Shown: piece by piece, positions 59,702 through 64,000 of the stretch
How the letters are laid out: the number at the start of each line of letters is the position of its first letter
Numbering within the stretch: the stretch's first letter is position 1
Origin: Bosea sp. (in: a-proteobacteria)
Lineage (GTDB): Bacteria > Pseudomonadota > Alphaproteobacteria > Rhizobiales > Kaistiaceae
Direction of reading: 5' to 3'
Assembly (NCBI GenBank): GCA_017307955.1
Contig: JAFKFV010000017.1
Span: 30,508-94,507, forward strand
Length of the DNA stretch: 64,000 bases
Program-made: the position numbers and the translations under genes
The notes under the pieces: generated by a model
Database searches by the model: none
Told to the model about the DNA's origin: nothing
The model's input: only the letters and a program-made list of their open reading frames with translations

Positions 59702-60366
59702 CTGTCATGATCGACGCGGCTGCCTTTCTCTGCGATCTGACTGGCATAATGGCCGAGCCATGGGCGGAAGTCGGCATCGAGTGCTGGTGCGTCGACATTC
59801 AGCACAGCATTCGCCGCGACCGGCAGGAAAAGCGCGGCCGTGGCGTCATCAACTTCGTATGGGGTGACGTGCGGTCATGGCGCCCGCCGGAAGGGCGGCG
59901 TTGGGTATTCGCCGCGGCCTTTACGCCATGCACCCACGTATCCGGCTCGGGAGCCCGCGATTTCGCGAAGAAGGGCGGGTACCAGCTTCGCGATGCGCTG
60001 GAGATGTTCGAGGCGGGTCGGCAGGTTTGCGCTTGGTCAGGCGCACCGTATTGCTGCGAAAACCCGGTCGGCGTGTTGTCCAGCATCCCTCACATCGGCA
60101 AGCCTGACCACTATTTCCATCCGCATCAGTTCACTGGCTGGTGCGCCGAGGACAATTACACGAAGCTTACCTGCCTGTGGACCGGCAATGGCTTTGTGAT
60201 GCCGCCCGAACGCAAGGACCCGCTGCTCGGGCCTCCTGACGACCGCATCCACAAGGCCCCGCCGACAGACGACAGAGCCAACATTCGCAGTGCGACGCCG
60301 CGCGGATTTAGCCGAGCAACGTTCACGGCTAACTGCCTCGTCGCTCGCCAGAGACTTGCTGCTTAA
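59698..60366 (+). CDS. DNA cytosine-5 methyltransferase-like protein (short, degenerate motif I)
   Basis: Motif IV-like FTPCTHVSGSG and motif VI-like CENPVG. The N-terminal DLTGIMAEPW replaces the usual DLFxGxGG. Confidence 0.5.
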   Translation: MTVMIDAAAFLCDLTGIMAEPWAEVGIECWCVDIQHSIRRDRQEKRGRGVINFVWGDVRSWRPPEGRRWVFAAAFTPCTHVSGSGARDFAKKGGYQLRDALEMFEAGRQVCAWSGAPYCCENPVGVLSSIPHIGKPDHYFHPHQFTGWCAEDNYTKLTCLWTGNGFVMPPERKDPLLGPPDDRIHKAPPTDDRANIRSATPRGFSRATFTANCLVARQRLAA

Positions 60367-60377
60367 CCGAGAGGGTT

Positions 60378-60836
60378 ATGATGTCCGACGCTTCCAAGGT
60401 GGAATGGGTTTTGGTGCCCCGTGTTCCGACGCCCGCCATGCTGTTCGGCGCAACGGGCCTTTACGAGGCCTCTGGCAAAGCGACGCAGACTGTTCACGAC
60501 CGGTACAAAGAGACTTGGGCAGAGCTGATCGAGGCTGCACCAGAACCGCCTTTTTCTGTGGCGGCAATGACAATTGCCGAAGATGGCGGACCCGCATTCC
60601 CATTGGCGTACCGCCACTGGGAATATCAAGACAGTCCATTCAAAGGAATGAGCCTTCGCGACTACTTCGCCGGACAAGCGCTGGCGAACGAAGCGCTCGG
60701 CCGCGCCTATCATCTGACGCCTGACATACTTGCTGCCTACGCCTACCGGTACGCGGACGCCATGCTTGCCGCGAGGCTTGGGTCAAGCGCGGGCATATCC
60801 GGCACGGACACTTCCGACCCCGCGCCCGCCACCTAA
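60378..60836 (+). CDS. hypothetical protein with C-terminal GGPAFP...LRDYFAGQA...YADAMLAAR domain (152 aa)
   Basis: Domain shared with 61212-61454. Confidence 0.6.
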   Translation: MMSDASKVEWVLVPRVPTPAMLFGATGLYEASGKATQTVHDRYKETWAELIEAAPEPPFSVAAMTIAEDGGPAFPLAYRHWEYQDSPFKGMSLRDYFAGQALANEALGRAYHLTPDILAAYAYRYADAMLAARLGSSAGISGTDTSDPAPAT

Positions 60837-60865
60837 CCCCCGCGATCGAGGCCCCCAAGGCCTCT

Positions 60866-60885
60866 CGCCATCCCGGATAGCCGAA
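60866..60885. repeat. 20-nt junction repeat CGCCATCCCGGATAGCCGAA (copy 1; copy 2 at 61182-61201 with 2 mismatches)
   Basis: Both copies lie 10-20 nt upstream of a start codon and flank gene 60905-61180. Confidence 0.7.
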
Positions 60886-60904
60886 CAAGGAAGAGGAGAA
60901 GATT

Positions 60905-61180
60905 ATGACCGACAAAACCGCCCGTTATGTGCGTGACCTCGACGGATGGCGTGGTAACGCCAAGCTCTACGAGCTGAGCGAGCCGCTCGACGAGCACAAG
61001 TTCGTCGCCGTATCGGCTGTCGACGCAATGTTCAGCGGGCCGGAGACGTACAGCTTCGGCTGCGACGCGGACGGCAACAACGTCGACTTCTGCGAGCTTC
61101 CGGGTTCGTTTCGCGGCGACTTCGATCATGAGCGCGCGCTTCGTGGAGCCGGCTACGAGCCCGTTCTCCCCGCCGCCTGA
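60905..61180 (+). CDS. hypothetical protein (91 aa)
   Basis: GAGGAGAA RBS. Confidence 0.6.
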   Translation: MTDKTARYVRDLDGWRGNAKLYELSEPLDEHKFVAVSAVDAMFSGPETYSFGCDADGNNVDFCELPGSFRGDFDHERALRGAGYEPVLPAA

Positions 61181-61211
61181 CCGCCATCCCGGATAACCGG
61201 AAGGACAGAAC

Positions 61212-61454
61212 ATGAGCGAGATCGATGATGGTGGGCCGGCGTTTCCGCATATGGCGACGGACGGCCACCGCGATTACAGGGCCGGCCTCAGCCTGCGCGA
61301 CTGGTTCGCCGGGCAGGCGATTGGCAACGTGATCATGGCCTGTCGTCAAGATACGGGGTTCGGCAAAGGCGAGACGCGGGAAGCGTACTTTGCGGCGACG
61401 GCCTACCGCATCGCCGACGCCATGCTCGCCGCCCGCAAGCACCCCGCGAGCTGA
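61212..61454 (+). CDS. hypothetical GGPAFP-domain protein (80 aa), paralogue of the C-terminus of 60378-60836
   Basis: DDGGPAFP...LSLRDWFAGQAIGN...AYRIADAMLAAR. Confidence 0.6.
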   Translation: MSEIDDGGPAFPHMATDGHRDYRAGLSLRDWFAGQAIGNVIMACRQDTGFGKGETREAYFAATAYRIADAMLAARKHPAS

Positions 61455-61464
61455 GGAGAGGGTG

Positions 61465-61719
61465 ATGGGGACGAAGCTCCGGTCAATTGAGTGCCGCGTA
61501 CTGCGCAACGTTCGCGACGACGATGCGTATTGGACATCGGACATCGCGCACGATGCCCGCGTTGAGACGATCACCTGCCGAAAGGTCCTAAAAGAGCTTG
61601 AGGCGAAAGGGTTGGTTGAGCGTATCAAGAAGGGCAACCCCATCAGCTGGCGCCGCACGGTATTCGGCCGCGCCGCTCTCTCCCGAGTCGAAGGCAATGA
61701 GGGAGGCGATCGTGGGTGA
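61465..61719 (+). CDS. small winged-HTH protein (84 aa)
   Basis: ATG 61465 after GAGGAGAGGG. ITCRKVLKELEAKGLVERI resembles a MarR/wHTH recognition region. Confidence 0.55.
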   Translation: MGTKLRSIECRVLRNVRDDDAYWTSDIAHDARVETITCRKVLKELEAKGLVERIKKGNPISWRRTVFGRAALSRVEGNEGGDRG

Positions 61720-61999
61720 GCTGCTGAGCGATGAGGAGTGGGACGACCTGATTGGCTTCGGTTCCAATCTCGAAGTGGAGCGCCAAGCCATAGCCGAACG
61801 CTCTGCCCGCAAAGCCGCGGAGGCTGCGCTGGCCGAGGCGCGGGAGGCGTTGCGCCCCTTTAACATAGGGCAACTGCGGCACGCCTATGCGCAGCTCGCG
61901 GCGGGGTCGGTTCGAGACCAGAAGCAGTTCGCTGATGGGCTCATAGCTCCTGTCATTCGCGCCTTGGAAGCCGCCCTCACCCCGAAGGACCAGCCATGA
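61697..61999 (+). CDS. hypothetical protein (100 aa)
   Basis: In-frame ATG within track ORF 61598-61999. Confidence 0.5.
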   Translation: MREAIVGELLSDEEWDDLIGFGSNLEVERQAIAERSARKAAEAALAEAREALRPFNIGQLRHAYAQLAAGSVRDQKQFADGLIAPVIRALEAALTPKDQP

Positions 62000-62235
62000 C
62001 CGACACGCCCGCATTGGCCGCAGGCCAGATCTGGAAGGAAGTTGACCCACGCTTTACCCGGTTCATCCGCATCGAAAATGTCGGGGCCGGACGGCGCTCC
62101 ATTTCGATCAGAACCGTCGAAAACGTCGATGGCCGGTGGGTAGACGCTGAGCGGTCCAGGTGCAGCTATGCCGATCCTCAGCGCTTCAACGGCAAGCGCG
62201 GCAACTACGCGTTCTATGAGGCGCCCCAGCCATGA
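61996..62235 (+). CDS. hypothetical protein (79 aa)
   Basis: ATGA overlap. It begins MTDTP, like the next gene. Confidence 0.55.
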   Translation: MTDTPALAAGQIWKEVDPRFTRFIRIENVGAGRRSISIRTVENVDGRWVDAERSRCSYADPQRFNGKRGNYAFYEAPQP

Positions 62236-62447
62236 CCGACACGCCTGAACGCATGCCGATTGATGAGGCGATCCGGCGGGCGGAGTACGCCGAGGAAGAC
62301 GCGTGGCAGCGCTATGTCGCTACCGATGGCGGCACAGACATGGCCCGGCACTGGCTGATCCGTTGGGACGCATCGGTAGGCCGCATTGCCGCCCTCCGCG
62401 CCGCCCGCGCCCGAGGCGAAACGCACGTCACTGTCGAGGATGAATGA
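62232..62447 (+). CDS. hypothetical protein (71 aa)
   Basis: ATGA overlap. Confidence 0.55.
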   Translation: MTDTPERMPIDEAIRRAEYAEEDAWQRYVATDGGTDMARHWLIRWDASVGRIAALRAARARGETHVTVEDE

Positions 62448-62890
62448 TGGCCTTTGATCAAAAATACCTTGATGAAGCCGAGAGCTATAAGTCGCTCGGA
62501 CCGGCCTATTTCGACGCCCGCAACTTCACTGATGCGCTTGCGGAGCGGTTCCACGAGGAACTGTTCCTGCCAATGGTCAAGAAGTTCTCGGATGACCTTT
62601 ATTCCGAGCTTGAGACCACCGTCAGGAACAGCCTGATCTCCGACGCGACGGTCAATGTCCAAGGCGAAATCTGGCGCATGGTCGACAACATGGTAGAGGC
62701 CTTGTTGTCGGGCGAGAGGTGGGCTCTGGATCGGTTCGTGCTGAACGACCGGTACGACCATCAAAAGATCCGGGGGGCGGTGGCGAAGCTTGTCCCCGTA
62801 GAGGTTCAGAACATTCGCATCGCTGAGCTTGCGGACGAGAACAAGAGGCTCTCTGAAAGGCTCGCCAGCGCTGAGCGGAGGTATGGATGA
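62444..62890 (+). CDS. hypothetical protein (148 aa)
   Basis: ATGA overlap. Lower GC at the 5' end. Confidence 0.6.
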   Translation: MMAFDQKYLDEAESYKSLGPAYFDARNFTDALAERFHEELFLPMVKKFSDDLYSELETTVRNSLISDATVNVQGEIWRMVDNMVEALLSGERWALDRFVLNDRYDHQKIRGAVAKLVPVEVQNIRIAELADENKRLSERLASAERRYG

Positions 62891-63222
62891 CCACCCTCGG
62901 CTATGACGCATACCTGCCGCTCTACGGCGCCAAGGTGCTGCACGTCCCCTGCGATCTTGACATCGATGTCGGCGAGGAGTTCGGCGAGCCATACATCAAG
63001 GTGACCGGCATCAAGGTCGAGGGCGTCACGCTCCCGGCCAAGGTGCGCGAGCCCGGCACGCTGGAACAGCACCTCGCCCATCAGATTCTGAACGCGGCCT
63101 ACGCCGATGACGAGCTGGCGGCCCGTGCCTTCGCGGCCTTTGGCTGGACCTCCCGCAACGGCACCTGGCACCCGCCGGTCGATGAGGACGCGGCGCGGGA
63201 GTTTCGGGAGGCCGCGGAATGA
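62887..63222 (+). CDS. hypothetical protein (111 aa)
   Basis: ATGA overlap. Confidence 0.6.
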   Translation: MTTLGYDAYLPLYGAKVLHVPCDLDIDVGEEFGEPYIKVTGIKVEGVTLPAKVREPGTLEQHLAHQILNAAYADDELAARAFAAFGWTSRNGTWHPPVDEDAAREFREAAE

Positions 63223-63419
63223 CCGCCCCCACGCAGAACTGCGGCTTGTGCCGGTGGTGGGGCGGGCGGATGCTACCGCTGTCGGTGACCCGTGCTGCCT
63301 GTCTAGCCCCGATCCCGGACAGCGTTGTGCTTTCACAGCGTGAAGCAACGCATTTCACCTATGGCACCACCTGCCCAACCTATGCGCCCAAGCAGGGCGG
63401 AGAGGAGACGAGATCGTGA
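63219..63419 (+). CDS. hypothetical Cys-containing protein (66 aa)
   Basis: ATGA overlap. Confidence 0.5.
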   Translation: MTAPTQNCGLCRWWGGRMLPLSVTRAACLAPIPDSVVLSQREATHFTYGTTCPTYAPKQGGEETRS

Positions 63420-64000
63420 CGGACTGGATCGAATGGAAGGGCGGCGAATGCCCGGTGACCGAGCATGAATGGGTGGACGTGCGGCGTCGCAATGGCTTCG
63501 AACGTCGCATCCTGGTTTCCAGAGGCTGGGATTGGAGACATAGCGGCCGGGGTGACGACATCATCGCCTACCGCATCCACGCCCCCGCCAGTGCGGAGGC
63601 AACGGGCGGCGGGGTGACGGGCGGCAGGATCGCTTCGATACGGCTCACAAGCGCATATCGCCGCCCGTACGACGTCTCAGACGATGAAAACATGCCAGAT
63701 CCCGGGGACTGGGCGGTACGGGCCGCGCGCGGCGTCATTGCCGACATGCGAGATCGCCGGGCGATCAAATGGGGGTTTGACAACGTCGATCAGGATGTCC
63801 GCCGCGAGATGATCCAGACGGTCGCCGACATCATTCGTTTCGCCTCCGCCCCCAACCCTCCGCCCGCGCCTGATGGGTGGCGCAAGGCTCTTGATCTGGC
63901 GGTCGCCATGCTTGCCCCGTACGAGCCTGGCGACAGTCGGGCAGTGTCGGATGAGTTTGTGGCGCTCGCTTCCATCGTCGCAGACTGCGCCAACGACGAT
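63416..64000 (+). CDS. hypothetical protein, 3' end outside window (not in ORF track because no stop is reached)
   Basis: GTG 63416 overlaps the upstream TGA (GTGA). I translated the frame by hand and found it open to position 64000 (VTDWIEWKGGECPVTEHEWVDVRRRNGFERR...). Confidence 0.55.
   Translation, partial: MTDWIEWKGGECPVTEHEWVDVRRRNGFERRILVSRGWDWRHSGRGDDIIAYRIHAPASAEATGGGVTGGRIASIRLTSAYRRPYDVSDDENMPDPGDWAVRAARGVIADMRDRRAIKWGFDNVDQDVRREMIQTVADIIRFASAPNPPPAPDGWRKALDLAVAMLAPYEPGDSRAVSDEFVALASIVADCANDD

Larger units (their letters stand above)
12190..64000. mobile_element. prophage (incomplete in window): lambdoid immunity/early organisation with a podovirus-like virion module, integrated at tRNA-Arg(CCG)
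   Basis: A tRNA 3' fragment marks the left border. Packaging, head, tail, lysis, recombination, replication and immunity modules are continuous. No integrase appears in the window, so the int/intact-tRNA end should lie right of 64000. Confidence 0.9.

Noticed and set aside
1-64000. CRISPR arrays, rRNA, IS elements/transposases
   Set aside because: No spaced direct-repeat arrays were seen. The only tandem repeats are the coding 69-nt units (29179-29517) and the (GTATCT)6 microsatellite. No transposase-like ORFs or rRNA-like sequence were seen.

Overview
High-GC window; composition and gene content look alphaproteobacterial/Rhizobiales-like (inference only). It has two parts. (1) 1-12.1 kb is ordinary chromosome. 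It holds an RbbA/YhhJ-type ABC-2 exporter pair and a minus-strand catabolic/uptake locus: single-NBD ABC ATPase, YhfX-like PLP enzyme, permease, two tandem paralogous binding proteins, M20 peptidase and ROK regulator. A cupin gene and a LysR regulator follow. (2) At 12190-12239 lies only the 3' ~50 nt of a tRNA-Arg(CCG), with no 5' half. I read this as the att core copy left by site-specific integration. From there to the window end (at least 51.8 kb) is one prophage. Its integrase and the intact tRNA must lie beyond 64000. Prophage layout, left to right:
- A forward-strand accessory island (12.4-16.3 kb): lambda-type Ser/Thr phosphatase, Lar-like, ASCH-like and macro-like proteins, and Zn-finger proteins.
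- A minus-strand block running right to left: terS, terL, portal, GroES-like protein, scaffold, capsid, tail and internal-virion proteins, a second fibre, then GH19 endolysin, membrane proteins, a secreted S1 protease, a metallophosphoesterase and a DUF1937-like protein.
- A long non-coding leader (48.2-48.8 kb).
- A replication/recombination operon: DnaA-domain-IV protein, VRR-NUC, HNH, YqaJ exonuclease, ERF, two ParB-like proteins and a GcrA-like protein.
- A lambda-like immunity region: a Cro-like gene diverging from an S24 CI-like repressor, flanked by two clusters of a 14-bp TAGG-N6-CCTA operator.
- A rightward early operon of small genes running off the window.
No tape measure/tube/sheath set is recognisable, so the virion module looks podovirus-like (inference). 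No CRISPR array, rRNA, transposase or reverse transcriptase was seen.
The most unusual items are:
- an opposite-strand lipoprotein plus 3-TM moron inside the tail module;
- the DUF1937-like/metallophosphoesterase/secreted-protease cluster at the lysis end;
- the att-proximal accessory island with an identical 13-mer at three consecutive gene junctions;
- a 1299-aa virion protein with an internal S74 autoprocessing domain and five 23-aa repeats;
- a GNAT and a GroES-like gene inside the structural operon;
- two tiny membrane proteins translationally coupled to the Cro-like gene;
- a ~600-bp hairpin-rich non-coding region upstream of the packaging genes.
All functional calls rest on motifs read by eye from the translations. 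No database search was run.
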